Shown here piece after piece: positions 40,226-54,544 of a stretch of 64,000 bases of DNA (within the stretch, counting starts at the first letter, position 1; each line of letters starts with the position of its first letter). The notes below the pieces were generated by a model. That model was not told where the DNA came from, did not search any database, and saw only the letters and a program-made list of their open reading frames with translations. The stretch comes from Octopus sinensis (Eukaryota): positions 55,006,464 to 55,070,463 of the forward strand of contig NC_043011.1 in the NCBI RefSeq assembly GCF_006345805.1, written 5' to 3'. A program made the translations under genes and the position numbers.

Positions 40226-40525
40226 CAATTGCTGCACGGAAGGTGTTTATAAGCCATTTAAGAAACACACAAAAACCGTTAGATTCACTTCAACATTTAA
40301 ATTTAATTTGTCAAAATATTTTCGTCGCTTTGAGACCGCGACCTGTTCACTGACAAAACAGCATGAAGTTTTGTCAGTGAACAGGTCGCGGTCTCAAAGT
40401 TGAAGTGAATCTAACGGTTTTTGTGTGTTTCTTAAATGGCTTATAAACACCTTCCGTGCTGCAATTGTTTTCGTTCCAGCACACGATCTCAGATCAAGTC
40501 ACTCGCTATGCAAGTACATCTCCGT
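40226..40525. mobile_element. Penelope-like inverted terminal repeat remnant (variant-core hammerhead family)
   Basis: Arms 40226-40358 and 40368-40467 (right arm has a deletion), then a unique tail also found at ~45745-45790. Confidence 0.65.
40307..40357 (-). ncRNA. Type-I hammerhead ribozyme with G3-C8 swapped core
   Basis: TTTGTCA-GTGAACA-G-GTCGC(GGTCTCAAA)GCGAC-GAA-AATATT-T-TGACAAA: 7-bp stem I, 5-bp stem II, palindromic stem III. Confidence 0.7.
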
Positions 40526-40719
40526 AAATACAAGAAGTGTTTTCCCAATAGAAAGCAGTTTATGCTACAAATATCTTCAATATGACAGGTATTATATATC
40601 TAATGAATGATCTAATGATAAAATCGACAAAGACAACTTCCTTTCTGTAATGTTAGGAAGATGTATGCTAATGTCAGAGATGAAGATGAGCTTGACACTT
40701 TCGTGATAAACAATGACTA

Positions 40720-41579
40720 CATGGTCTACTCACTAAGTATCCGAACTGTTGCTAAAGCATGCAGAGTGAAATCACTTGCTACAGATTGACCTTGAACTCT
40801 GCTGCACATGCACACTTCTTAACATTCTAGCTCACTTCTGCTGTTTACAGAAGTGCTTGGAAGTAACGTGTGTAGTGTGTGTTCATCGCGTTGACCATGG
40901 CATAGAAAGTTGAGCAGTGAATCTGCATCAAATTTTGACAAAAGCTTGGTGATACCTGCTTAGAAGCTGACAAAAAATTTTCAAAAAGTTCTCACTGTTC
41001 TTGACACAATAAAGATTTTGTTCAACTGAAACCCGAGTGTCTTTTTGGTCAGCTGAAAGCAGGTTTTGGCTCAAACTTGGCAGACACGCATCTCATACCC
41101 AAGTCTCCAGTGATAATGAACTGAACTGAACCATAGCTAATCTGCACATCCTCTGATAACTCACAGATGGTGATTTGACGGTTTCCCCTCACAGCTGCAT
41201 GCACATCTGTGATGGGTTTTTTTAAAGTTCTGCTGGTTGTGTGTCTCCCAGAATATTTGTCAATATCGACATTTTTGCAACCATCTTGGAAATGTCTAAA
41301 TCACTCATATGCTTGTGTGCAGCTCATACACTCCTCTCCATACACTTTCTGCAACTTTGCATTGGCTTCTGAGCAGGTGTCACCATGACAACTTGCTCTG
41401 TCTTAGTCAGTGCAATGACCACACGTTACTTTGAAGCACTGTGGAAGTGAGCTTGGGTGTTAAAACTTAGTGCACATGCACAGCAGAGGTCAAAGTCAGT
41501 CTGTGCCAAACGACTTCACTCTGCATGCTTTAGCTTCGTTGCTATAGCAACAGTCTGGTTACTTATTGATTAGACCTCG
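40720..41579. mobile_element. Fold-back mariner derivative (two 5' ends)
   Basis: TA flanks at 40718-19 and 41580-81; long inverted arms; transposase N-terminal remnants in both orientations (GDTCSEANAKLQKVYGEECMS on -). Confidence 0.75.
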
Positions 41580-42799
41580 TATTTCAAGCAACTGATCAAG
41601 AAATGTCAGGGATTTTCCTATTGTTCAACTCCAACAATCATTTACTGCTCTGTTATCCTATAATATAATATTCTGAAATGAATCATAAGCCTGCTAAGAG
41701 TAAATAGCATGAGACAGTATATTGCTATTGATGAAACATTAAGATCAATTTTTCAAGAAGACAGAATACAAGGATTTTAATCAAATTCAGTATATTAATG
41801 AAGCTTGTTTTATGAGGAAAAGTAAAGAAGGCAGAGAGAGAGAGAGAGAGAGAGAAAAATTGTAAAACATTTGATGTGTCTGTCTATCATTTTTGTCAAC
41901 CACCTATTTTCAGAAATGCCACTACATAGTCCTTTCTCCTAATGGTACAAGGGTCTGAAATTTGTGTTGGGGATGGGGGGGGGTAGTCAGTTGCATTGAC
42001 CCCAGTACTCAGCTGGTACTTATTTCATCAATCCTGAAAGGGTTGATGAAATAAGGCAAGGTCGACTTTGGTGGAATTTGAACTCAGAGCACAAGGAAAG
42101 ACAAAATGCCACTAAATGTTTTGCCCGATGTGCCACCGGCTCATTGCCTTAAATATGTCACTACATAATGATATATAGATCTGTTTGTTCAGTCATAGCA
42201 TTGTATCCCATCAAATTGCTCAAGACATCAAGAAAAGCCTTGATGCTAGAAATAGCATCCAAACCTCCCTCAGAATCACATCCTGCTATCTTTAAAAAAA
42301 AAAAAAAAGAATGTTTTAGAGAATTTACTCCTGAACATACAAAGAATCAAGCTGGTGAAGAGGCTAAACAACAGCAAGAATAATTAAACAGCTTATCAAT
42401 TTCTAATTAATTTGGTGATCCACCAAGTTGAAATCTCTCTCTCACTTTTTCTGATACCAGAAGAGAACAAACAGTAAAGATGGTTTAACACCTTGCCCAG
42501 GTTATACATAACACCACACTACTATTTGTACACGAAGTTAACTCATTTAATGGACTTAAATATTATGAAGTTGACTTTTATTTATGCTGGACGGTATAAT
42601 GCTTACTTTTTCTGTATAAATTTACTAAAACCATTAAATGTTTAACTACTTTTTTGAGGTCTGACATACATGCTGGTAATCACAGTCCAAGCCATATTTT
42701 ACATACTTTACTCGGTTGAGTAAAGTGTCATCCAAGCTGGTGTTTATTGGTAATTAAACTAAATTTGCAACACCTGTGTGTATTCATCAGCTTTGTTTT

Positions 42800-43230
42800 G
42801 TCGATAATTCTTATCAACAACTTTTCCTGTGATCGTGGTTTGGAGAAGACATATAGCAAGCAGTATGCTAAAGATTGGACATAATTTCTTGTGGGCAAGG
42901 AATGTAAAATAAAGTTTATTATAAACAAGATTATCCACCATCTTTCCAACAACAGCCTTAGGCACCTTTTTGAATTCCATATGACAAACACTCGCAGACA
43001 CGCTTATAAAATCAAAAATCAACACGGCACCCATGACTTTCAGAAAAATTTTTTCACGCTCAGAATTGCTGAAACATGGAATAAACTACCTGCATCAGTT
43101 GTTAGCTGTTGAGACACTACATCCTTCAAAACTTCCATGCTTCCTGAAATCTGCAAACATTTCACCTGATGGCTTTTTTTTCCTTAGCTGTAGTGCACCT
43201 GAGCACTCTATACAACAATTCACTTCATTA
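42800..43230 (+). mobile_element. CR1-clade 3' fragment
   Basis: KIIHHLSNN, FFTLRIAETWNKLPASVVSC, tail GTAGTGCACCTGAGCAC. Confidence 0.75.
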
Positions 43231-45404
43231 TCTCATGCTCACAATTTGTAAAATAATGTTTCAGTTATTTCCAGTTATGCAGAGACACACAAACACACAG
43301 TCTCATACAGTTACGTACACATACAAACACACACAATCTCATACAGTTACATGCATGCACAAACACTTAAACACAGTCGATTTTATTTATATAGACAACA
43401 CAAACACTTTGTAATTTAAAAACTTTTAATGTGATACATGTTAAACTGAAATTACTTTTATTTAATGAAAATTTAATGAAATCTAATCATAAATAAGTGA
43501 AAATATGCTAAATACAACTAAATTGAAAACCTTTTTTCCCTGGCCATATCAGCAATTCTGAAAACTTTTGGATGCGAATTTTACATGAGTAGAAGCCTTT
43601 TTTTTAACAATTTTTATCTTGAAAATCACCTGTGTAAATTACACAGGTCCACAATTTAAATGGGTCTTTACAGTAATTCTAATAATCCTTTATATTTGCT
43701 GTGAATGCTAAGAGTAGCATAGAGATAGGCAATTCCTTTGATGTCCAGCTGAATCTAGGCAGTGACCACTAAGTGTTTTTTTAATGAGGTTTTTAAGTAA
43801 ATTGGCACTGTTGTAGATGCATGATTTGTCACTTATTATATTGAATCAATTCTGGTGATAAGCTGTCTGTGAGGTTGAGAAAGCCAGTAATTTTAAACAA
43901 GGATTATCACTTTGGTAATACCTTAAACCTAAGAAAGAGATTATATATTTTTCATTAAGTAAACTTCAAATATTTTTACAAACAAGTAGAAGGAAATTTA
44001 TTATGATTTAAAAAAAATAGTCAGGCTGCTAGTTTAAGTGATTTCAAAATGCGAAATTCAATTTTTTTTTTGTATTTGTTTTCATTTAAACATCTTCCTT
44101 AGTAATGAATTTTTAAAATTCTTCATAATGGGATGGTCACTATGATGTGGTAAGTTCCCAGTGGATTGGTTTAACCTTTTGTTTATGTTAGCAATGTTTT
44201 TAAGAAAACTGAGCATCACAACTTCTTTCCACCCTTTTCTATAAAATCTGTAAGAAATTATTATTTTCTAATATAATATATTGCTATATGTTGTTACATA
44301 CAAGCATCAGTCAATGGCAATCTTCAGATAGAATTTCTTCTCTCTCTCTCCTCTTTCCTGCTATAGCTCTCTATCAGACGCATGCCCAACATTGCTAAGC
44401 TTATTGGAAGAGATCTTCTTTCATTTTAGAGCCAAAAACATTTCGACTCTTGCTTTCTGACCTTATGAAAATTGCAACTTTGATCACTTATGCTTTATTT
44501 TTACATTTGGAAAAGTACATACTAACTGCCATTCTTATTAGGACCTACCCTCTTCACTCTATGGAAGAAAATTTAAGTAATATTCTATTTGCTTAGAGAA
44601 CCTTTTCTCATAGAAACTCATTAATCTTAGGTTCACTCAGGAACTCAGTTGTTCTTTTCTCTAAGTATTAAAATAGATGTTGCCCCACATAATACATACA
44701 TTATATTTAGTTTCTACATAAAGCGTTTGTTTGTATCTCTCGACCCACTTCATCACCATTGCTTTGCTTCTCTGTAAATACTTACAAAAACCATGTGTAC
44801 ATTATATCTGCAGCAAGGCTATTTTGTCTTCACACTTGTTAACCAGTAATCTTCTTTTCTGCTGTCAATCTATAGAAGTTCAAAGATAGTGTGTCCTCTT
44901 TCAAGGATATTAATGATAAGTTGTATATATTGTGTATTAAGTGACTGGGGAAGATTGGTATATTAACTCTTAGTTGAATAAGAAATAATTACATAGCTAG
45001 AATTCTGGCTCATGAATAAATTTTATGAATGAAATATAAAAAAGAGTCTATTCTGAAATTCACTTTCATCATTTGAAAAAAATCAGATCTAATATCACTA
45101 GACTTTTATTTATTATTCTATTAATGTATATGTAATTTATATTTTTTTGAATGAAAATTTTTTAAATACCCTTATAATTTTTGGATGCAGGATAGCTGTG
45201 AGAAGAGTCTAGAAAGTTGGGTAATTACTATTAGAAGACGAGGAGACAAAAAAGTTAGCGACAAGTACACTCGAAACTTGCATCTTATTCACTGTACCAC
45301 TAAGCCAATATATACACAGACAAGTTGCACAACTGACTTCAACAGTGACACACTCACGCACACATATATACACGTGCACACAGATGAATGGCATGTGTGG
45401 ATTT

Positions 45405-45790
45405 GCTGTTCACTGACAAAACTTGGTGCTGCAGTACTTTAGCGAGGTTTTGTCAGTGAACAGGTCGCAGTTTCAAAGCACACAAACGAAATTTTAATGT
45501 TGAAGTGAAACTAGTACTACTTAAATACAGGTTTTACATACAAAACATTTTAAATGTACATTGTGTGGACATGTAATGACACCCTAACCCTAAAACTAGC
45601 CCTAACCTTAACCCTAAAAGCTAACCCTAAAATTAACCCTCCCCTTCATATCATTACGTAGATGCATCGGGACCTCTGTATTTAAGTAATGCCATGAAAC
45701 TAATAGTTTCTGTGTGTTCTTGAATGGCTTACAAACACCTATGCTACAATTGTTTTTGTTTCAGCACATGATCTCCGATCATGTCACTTG
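45405..45790 (+). mobile_element. Degenerate second locus of the G3-C8 hammerhead family, with a nested MITE
   Basis: CTGTTCACTGACAAAAC / GTTTTGTCAGTGAACAGGTCGC arms and the shared tail. Confidence 0.6.
45512..45694. mobile_element. Small TIR element with telomere-like (CCCTAA)n core
   Basis: TACTTAAATACAG at 45518-45530 and its reverse complement at 45676-45688; TGAAACTA on both sides; degenerate CCCTAA repeats at 45582-45640. Confidence 0.6.
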
Positions 45791-47013
45791 CTATGCAAGT
45801 ACATCTCTACAATTTTTTAAAATCACTGTGGATAAATGCCAGCAATGACCTTCTCAGGTTCTCCAATATTTTAATTTCTAAACAGTAACAATTGGGGACA
45901 GGGAGTGGGGTTGCAAAAATTTCATAATTTCTCAAATTTTCTTTTTTATAGCATATAAATGGGGAAAACATATTAAAAAAAAAACATTAATACATGCGAG
46001 AATGGTAAAGAAACAAGGAATGTTGTCTTTGGATATCTTAGAAACAAGTCAAATTCCCCTTAAATCACTTTTCCCTCTGAAAATATTAACAATTTAAAAG
46101 AAAAAATTTACCAAAAATGCCCTTCCCATAGTTTTGAAGTGCAAAAAAACATTGGTCAAAATATATCCAGAGTGGGATGATGGAGGGGGTGTAAAAAAAA
46201 AGAGTTTTACAAAACATGCAGTCATTTCGAAGAATGTGGTTTCAAAATAAATGAGGAAAATCCTTGAACAAATTTTCCCTTCAAATTTGTTTATAATCAT
46301 AGTCAATGCTGTTTGAAAGGGATTTGTTTCACCTTTCATCAAAAGATACCCATCTTCCCGAAAGTTATGAGGAGGAAAAAGTCAGATCATGTGAATTTTC
46401 TAAAACTCCTCTCTCCACCCTCTCGGAAAAATTCTTTCTCATAAATCCCTATATACTCTGAAACCACAACATCTAAGTGGTATTTAAAGAAAATTTTGTT
46501 AAAAGTTATCCATATTTCTGGATGTCATGAAGCAAAAAAATCAGGGGTATATGCATCTGTAGTAATGCCCTTTTATTTATATGATTTTTTTCATTTCATA
46601 TTTATTTCATTCATTGTTTGCAATGTTCTCCCCCCCCCCTCTCTCTCTCTTACACACACACTGCAAAGCTTACAGAAGGGCTGCTGAATTGTAATCTCTA
46701 TGTTGCTTTGAGGGGAAGGTAAAACTTGACAAATTGCTTCTCCCTCTGTTGTTGGACTACAGTGATTGTTTAAAAGAGAGAGATTATGACTGTGATAAAG
46801 TAATGAAAGCAGTATTTATTAAGCATGTGAGCACTATTATACAAAGAAATAATCAGACGTAAAATATAAAAATTATTAGAATTGGGAATCAAATCTGAAA
46901 ATATTATCAAGGAGCTCACAGAAAACCACCTGGATGGCAGTCTTTCTGCTAGAAATATTAATCAGAAGATAGTGTTTGAAATTCTGTTATTAGTGAGAGT
47001 TTGAATGTGTATA

Positions 47014-47047
<34 letters not shown>

Positions 47048-47544
47048 AATTTCTTCATCTTCATCACACACTTAGCTTAATACCATTTTCTAACAAATGG
47101 TATAGTTTCATGGTTTCCCATTTACTTCACTCCAAAATATAAACCTAACACAAAGCCATAAATTTTGGTATGAAATATAACTGGTTTGATGAAGCCCCAG
47201 TATTTGATTGATAATTGTTATATTAATTCTCGAGGGTTGAAAAATGAAGTAATTTCTCATAGGGTTTTAAGTTAGGCTGTAACTAAATACCACCAGGCAT
47301 TTAATCTGTCAGTTTATATCTGCCATTCATTGCCCTACATTCTGAGTTGATCTCTAAGCATTTATGTTTCCAAATATTTATTGTTCATTGGGTTTTATTT
47401 TGTGACCACTAGAGTCAATGAAATCAAACCGATTCTTTCATGATATAAGTGGAACTTTAATTTCATGTCTTCATGATTCTACTGTTAGTCTTTTCATCTT
47501 TGACTTTAAACAATGGCACTTAACTGAATATATTTTTATTCATC

Positions 47545-47962
47545 CTGTGCCGGTTGCACGTAAAAAGCACCATCTGTATGCAGCCAATGCCAGCACCACC
47601 TTGACTGGCTTCCGTGCCGGTGGCACATAAACAGCACCAACCGATTGTGGCTATTGCCAGCCTACCCTGGCACCTAAAAAGCACCATCTGTATGTGGCCG
47701 ATGCCAGCACCACCTTGACTGGCTTCCGTGTCGGTGGCACGTAAAAAGCACCAACCGTTTGTGGCCATTACCAGCCTCACCTGGAATGTAAAAAGCACCC
47801 ACTACACTCACAGAGTGGTTGGCATTAGGAAAGGCATCCAGCTATAGAAACACTGCCAGATCAGACTGGAGCCTGGTGCAGCCTCCTGGCTTCCCAGACC
47901 CCGGGTCGAACCGTCCAACCCATGCTAGCATGGAAAACGCACGTTCAAAGATGATGATGATG
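47545..47962 (+). mobile_element. RTE 3' UTR fragment with the longest unit array (about five units)
   Basis: Alternating unit types and conserved tail. Confidence 0.8.
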
Positions 47963-48554
47963 CTGATTCATAAGTTTATCAAAAGAGGGGTTGCCAGTAA
48001 TGTCGTTCTTCTTGCCTCTACATCATTTATGGTTAATATTAAGTAATGCAAATTAGTAATATACAAGCAAGTCTTTTATAAAACAAGCACACATAAAAGT
48101 TCTGTACAGTTCAAGAGAGAGACTTATTGACTTTTTGTTTTTAATTAAAATTCCTTTATAACTGTTAACAATAAATTCTGTTCCTTTCAATTAAATTTAA
48201 TTGAATTATGTGTGTGTTGGGTGGGGGGTGAAGTATAGAATTGGGAATAGAAAGTAATGAATGGAAAATAGAGCAGAAGTTATTCCTATATATTTCTAAA
48301 TGTATATCTTTCTTGGGATACAGTTTCATCTCTACTTTATATCTCAATATTTGTAGAGATGCTTAGTAAACAGCTCTCTTACTGAAATAGATTTCAGTAC
48401 TGTATGTATTTATATCTTCTGCTCTTATCATGCATTGCCTGTGAAGAGATACGTAGTTGCAGTGAGCGACTGACTACCTCAGTCTTTCACTTCACCTGTT
48501 CTTTATCGCTTCTCCTCCTACTTCTTACCTTTCCCCTCTCCCTCTTTTTCGTTA

Positions 48555-49000
48555 TATGTTGAAAGTTTGGAAGCCATTCTTCCTCAACTGCAAAGTCAAC
48601 TCCAGCCAAATTCAGAAGCTGGCTATCCAGGCTGTTGTGTCATTGTCAGTGATATTTTCAGTGAAAAGTTGGTCCAGCTTTTTTTTGTCTGCTTTATGAA
48701 GTTGTTCCACTGTTAAAAGACCAAACGGATAACAAGCTAGAATATCACTCGTTTAAATTGCTTTGACTAATTATCTGAAATAACTCCCAGAACTATCTTT
48801 TCAACATTTCTCAGCCTACTTTGTAACACTACAGTTTTGGATAGCCAGTTTCTGAATATTTAACCTCCTCAACTCAGTAAATACAGTTTGGAATAAGCTC
48901 CGTATTGTCAGCACCACACATCTAAAAATAACTCCTTTTGAATTGTATCAAGTGATAGCACCTTGCATTACTGAAAAGGGGATAGGAATCTGTAACCATG
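48555..49000 (-). mobile_element. Possible Tc1-like transposase relic
   Basis: Weak translated similarity (FSVMQGAIT, terminal RKNGFQTF) with many stops. Confidence 0.3.
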
Positions 49001-52000
49001 GTATGTTGGAATCTCTCTTATTACTTATAATATTCTTCACTAACTATACCCAAACTTTTGGTATATGAGATATATTTTTATTTTGTGATTTGGATTTTTA
49101 GTAATTTAGTTTTTTTTAAATGTTCTTATTTATTATTACTCATATATAAATAAATCTGTGGAAGGTATTCACTTTCTCTGTGCAGAACAAGTTTCAAATT
49201 ACCTGCGTTTACTACTTACTTGTTCTTACCTTCTGATGGGATTTTAGATCGCATCAAAAATGTCTATAGTAATTCTCATATTCTTCTTAAATTTATTTTT
49301 AAAAATGCTGCATTGTTTGTATTTGTTAAACAAAGGGGAAATGGATTAAGAACTCAATATCTATTTCTATATAGTAATCTTTGTATAACTGTAAAGGGAT
49401 AATTAAAACACTAACCCAATTAAGCTGAGAATATGTTACAAAGTAGAAATTACAATATTGACCTGTCTAGCATAACTACTGAAATGTTGATTCTTTTAAC
49501 GATAACACTTTAATCAAACTAATTTAAAAGTTATGCCATCAGTGTTTATACAGTCAATTAATGGTTTCAGTTAACATATCTGGAATGCACTGAACAGATC
49601 TAATCTATGAGGGAAGTTTATTTCTGCTATTGAAGTTGTGTGTATGACTAAGTTTTATATCTAATAAAAGTATTTCAGCTTTTTCGTTACACATTTACAT
49701 CACATTACAGGTTAATTTTTTACCTGTAAATGAATTTCTTTCTCGACTGGAGATATGAAAATAGAAAAGAAAGCCACATTCATTATAGATTTTTCACTTG
49801 CCAATAAATTTTTCTCATTGAATTTATATACTTATAAATACATTACAATGCTGTGCCTACTTTCTAAACATTTACCAGACTCCACCCTGTATATTGCTAT
49901 TCATGTAACTTCAACCAGTGTTGAATGAGAATGCTATTATAATGCTACATTTATATCGAAATAATAAAATAACTAATTCACTGAAACTGACTTTAGACAG
50001 AACTCACAAAATCAGTAACAGCTGTGGGAATTTTTGTTTTTAATATTCATAAAAAAAAAACTGGAAATAAAAATTGTATTGTATGTAAGGAAAGTCAGCT
50101 TTGTAAAGCTTCTCTCTGCAGCTATATAGTAATTGAACTGAGCGTTTACAAACTAACAACTCATCGGGGTTTGAGTGCTTCATTGTGTACTCTAGTAGTG
50201 AGCTCTACTCACCTGTTGTATCTATTTATGGCTAAGTGAACTAGACTATTCGAAGTTTGTCATCATGGGTATGGACATAACACTGTACCAGTGTCATAAT
50301 ATCAAAACACATATCTCATCTGATATCTAGTTATTCCCCCAAACTACCAACTTAGCCAACTGTAATTCTTGTTACATATAATTCATTTAGTTTTTACATA
50401 TCTGCTTCAAATTCAACAGATAGCCATGAATTTCTACATTCTTATCGATATGCACTATAATGTAATGAAACCTAATTTATTAAGGAATATCTAGAGAAAC
50501 TCCCATTAATAGTATAGATAATCTTGTATTGCTACTAAATTGATTGTTATTTCCTCTTTACAAATTTATATACAAATGTGCACACACACACACACTACAA
50601 TGCCTTTGCACATAAACTGTACCTTTTTGTTTACATTAAAAGATTTTATTTTTATTTAACTAAGTTTCATATATTTCCGTGAATTCAGTTAAATGACTTC
50701 TGTTTTCATTGATTAATATTGATTAAGTTTCTGTGGAATGTAATGCAGTCACTAGATATTATGATACTTAAACAAGAATCCAGACATCTAACTCTAAACA
50801 TATTGATTTTATTATTCTACTATTTACTTCATATCATAACATTCAATATCCATTTGAGTAAGCCTGTATTTTGTTAAACATCTGCTCTTCTGCATTCATA
50901 AACCAACTTAACAGCACTCAAAACTAACAAATACCAGCCTCTTTCCTTGTCCCCTCAAAACAAACTTTACTGAAATTTTTATTCCCTTCTCTTTTTTATT
51001 AATGAGCTAAGAGCATAGAGTTTTTATCGTGTAATTCTTCTCATTTCATCTTGATGTTGAACAAGTTTAAAGACTTTTAAACCATCTTACAATTATTAAA
51101 CATGGTTATTTCTCCAGCTCTGATCAATTTTTACAATCCTGTTGTGAATTGAAGGCCTTCCCTTTTGAGAAACATTAGATTAACTCATACTCACTACAGA
51201 CCAACTTTATAAACTTTTTTCAACAAGGCAATTTTCAGTATTCTTTGAAAAAAGTATAAATTGATATTTTTCTTTGTTTTTTTTATATTTAATTGAAAAC
51301 TGAAGTTAATAATAAAAAAAAACTGGCTTGAATGTTTTCTTATATATGTAACGTGTTGAGGTTTTAACAGGGGGGTCTTTCATTCTATTTTATACTGGTA
51401 TATGTCAGTGCCACAGAATAGAAAAGAGTATTTCATAAAGTATATATGATCTACAAATAAAGTACATATTAATGTTGTTCCTCTCAATATATTTGCTGTT
51501 CTTTATAAGTTATCAGTTGATCATAATGTAAAACATTGTGATCTTTAAAGAAGGTTGAATATAATTAAATATTAACATTTTAGTGAAGAAATATTTTCTA
51601 AAAGGTTTTTTAATAGCTATCATTATTAATATAGATCACTTTGATATTATGGTTATACTGTAACCTTTATACATTTTATTTCAATAGCATATTTTTGTTT
51701 GTTACCTTGATATATTCTTGCCATCTGTTTGTAGAACAGTTATAGAGTTCCAGTTATTTCTTTTGAGTAAATAAGTCACTGGTGCAACAAGTCTTGTTAG
51801 TGTTTCTAATATTTTGTTCTTATGATTATTTTATTTTTTATTTATATTTATAATTTTGTTGTTACCATCTTAACATTTAATTAGTGAAATCCATTTGTTT
51901 TATAGTCTTTTATTTCTTTTACTGATTTTCATAATTTGGCTGAGGCTATGCTGGAGTACTTGCCCTCAAAGATCTTTTTTTCTTTTTTTGTTTGTTTTTG

Positions 52001-52774
52001 GTCATATCACCCCCTAGTACTTACTTCACTCTAGTGTTTAGTTTGTCAAATATGATTTTAACATAAAGAGTACACACACACATTTATGCAATAGGCTTCC
52101 ACACAGTTTCTATCTAGCAACTTCCACTCAGAAGGAATTAGTCAACTCAAGACTACAGTTGGAGACACAGAGAAATTTGCAGTGCCTCTGCCCATAGTCA
52201 ATAGAATTCATATAGTCAAAACAATTTGTTTTTTAGTGAGTAGTTTGTTTATGTTTGTGTTTTATAATGAAATAACAGTTGAGTAGTTAATATGGCTAAC
52301 TTGAAAATAATAAATACAAGCCCAATCACTAATATTACAAAGGCCTAGCAAGGGATGTTACTCTACCATCTCCAATTACCACTGCTAAAAATACATAACA
52401 TTACTTGAGTAGATAAGATAGGCAATGGTCTACTTGTAGAGTACTTGCTGTAGTATCTTGTTACGAATGCAAAGCAATACTGCCACAGGGAAGTAAGTAA
52501 TTAAAATGGTTGATTTAAAAAACGATCCTAAGTTACACTGAATTGTTTTTCTCTTACTGTTACATGCTTTATGCTAGAGTAAATCAAGAATTTTTGGAGA
52601 TAATTATTTTTAACATGATAGCTTTTCCTCCTACTGAACTGTGAAGTGGGTGTGGCACCTATTTCCAGCCAAGGCTTACAGGCAAACAGACTGATGTGCC
52701 ATGTTTTGTAAGTGCAATACAAAAACATATAATGCCTTGAAGCTAGTGTACATATATATAAGCATTGTGTAGAG

Positions 52775-52942
52775 GTGCAAGCATGGCTGTGTGGTAAGAA
52801 GTTTACTTCTTGATCGAATGGTTGCAGGCTCAATCCCATTAGGTGGCATTGCAGGCAAGTGTCTTCTACTATATAGCCTTGGGCTGACCTAAACTTCATG
52901 AGTGGATTTGATAGATGGAAATTGAAAGAAGCACTGTGTGCA

Positions 52943-52950
<8 letters not shown>
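52775..52950 (+). mobile_element. SINE family B, 5' half
   Basis: GGCTGTGTGGTAAGAAG head, GGCAAGTGTCTTCTACTATA. Confidence 0.75.
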
Positions 52951-52993
<43 letters not shown>

Positions 52994-53144
52994 ATATATA
53001 TATATATATATATTAACAATTGAGGATAAAATCTTTAAAAGAAATTATCAGTAGTCAGCGTGAAAAACCTCGTAAGAGAAAAAATCCGTAAATTCTTCCT
53101 CTTTGAAAATATTCATTTATATTTAAATTATATATATATATATA

Positions 53145-53180
<36 letters not shown>

Positions 53181-54544
53181 TTGCTTTTATGTTCAATTAT
53201 AATAAAGAGTAAATTAATGTATGTAAAGAGTTGCTCCATACTTTTGTAGAGTATAGATTTATTATTCCTTAACAAGAATAATGTATATGTTCTATTTTGA
53301 AGAAATATATAGCAGCTGAAATGTCTAGCAAATTATGTTTGCAGGGTAATTACATATCAAAACAGAAAACTGGAAAAATTTGATATATTTTGGATTTCAT
53401 GTTCCTTCATCTCATGAACTACAGATAGGAAATTCCATACATTTTTTTCCACATGTATAACTTTGTAACTCCTATCCTAGAATGAAATACTTGTAACATG
53501 GAAGTTAAAATATACCAAATTTTTCCAGTCTTTAGTTTTTATATGTAATGTCTTAAATTTAGATATTCGCGAAACATGACTTTTGAAGAATACAATATAT
53601 AAGAAATCTTTTAATATTTATCTTTGGCAATAATATACTTGAAACGTCATCTGCTTGAATATCATCCCCGTGATTTGTTTTAGAGACAAAATACCTTTGT
53701 TTAATATTTTTATCTGTTGGTTCCTTTATGCCTTTTGATAGATTCAGCTTAGATATTATAGAAATTATCTCAAATCATACATTCAGTAGGCTTAACTTTT
53801 AAAAGCCATCATGAGTTAAGATGAATGAAAGCTATTAATCCTTACTGAATTCATATCTAATGTCAACTTATCTGAAATTAAAACCTCTATTTTATAACTA
53901 CGACTGAACACAAGCGTTGAATGGCTGCTGTCATAAAACAGATGTGGCTGTTAGCCAAGTAAAGATGAGCTTGCTGCATTCTTTTAATTTAGGAAGAGCA
54001 AGCAGTTCTCCTGTATCTGGGGACTGTGGCAAAAGAGTTGTGTGATGGATAAGGTCAAAAGGACTGAAGAGTAATAAGTTTCCTCTTCAGCCAAGCATTT
54101 ATCGACTTTTTCAAGCTCCACTTGGAAAGGAAGATGAGACTGAGAGGAGTATGGCAGTGGTGAAAAAGGGAAGCATGAATGGGTCTACCCTCAGCTTGTC
54201 CCTTTAGGTCAGAGAACTATATAGTTGGAAGAGAGCACTTACTCTTGATGGTCAAAGTAATTCTAGATTTATGGGGTTCTTTGATTGGCCCTAGATGGAT
54301 GGATGGATGTCCTCCTGTATCAAAAGGATGATATTGTCTTTAAAACATGTATGATATACTAAAGTATACCAAATATAGTTTTTATTTCATTCAGTGTTTT
54401 TGTAATTCAGTTTCTACATAAACTCCCATACTTTATGTAACTTGCCTTTGTAATGTCCCCTATGATTTTTATGACATTAAAAACCATTAAACCTATGACA
54501 AATAAAAGAAATTATTATTAAGTATGCTAATTTACATAGCAGAG

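Noticed and set aside
45582-45640. Telomere or chromosome-fusion relic
   Set aside because: The repeats are short, degenerate and enclosed in a TIR element.
47545-47800. CRISPR-like pattern: ~20-bp semi-palindromic repeats with ~40-45-nt spacers
   Set aside because: The spacers are homologous to one another, the array is part of an RTE 3' UTR, the context is eukaryotic, and there are no cas genes.
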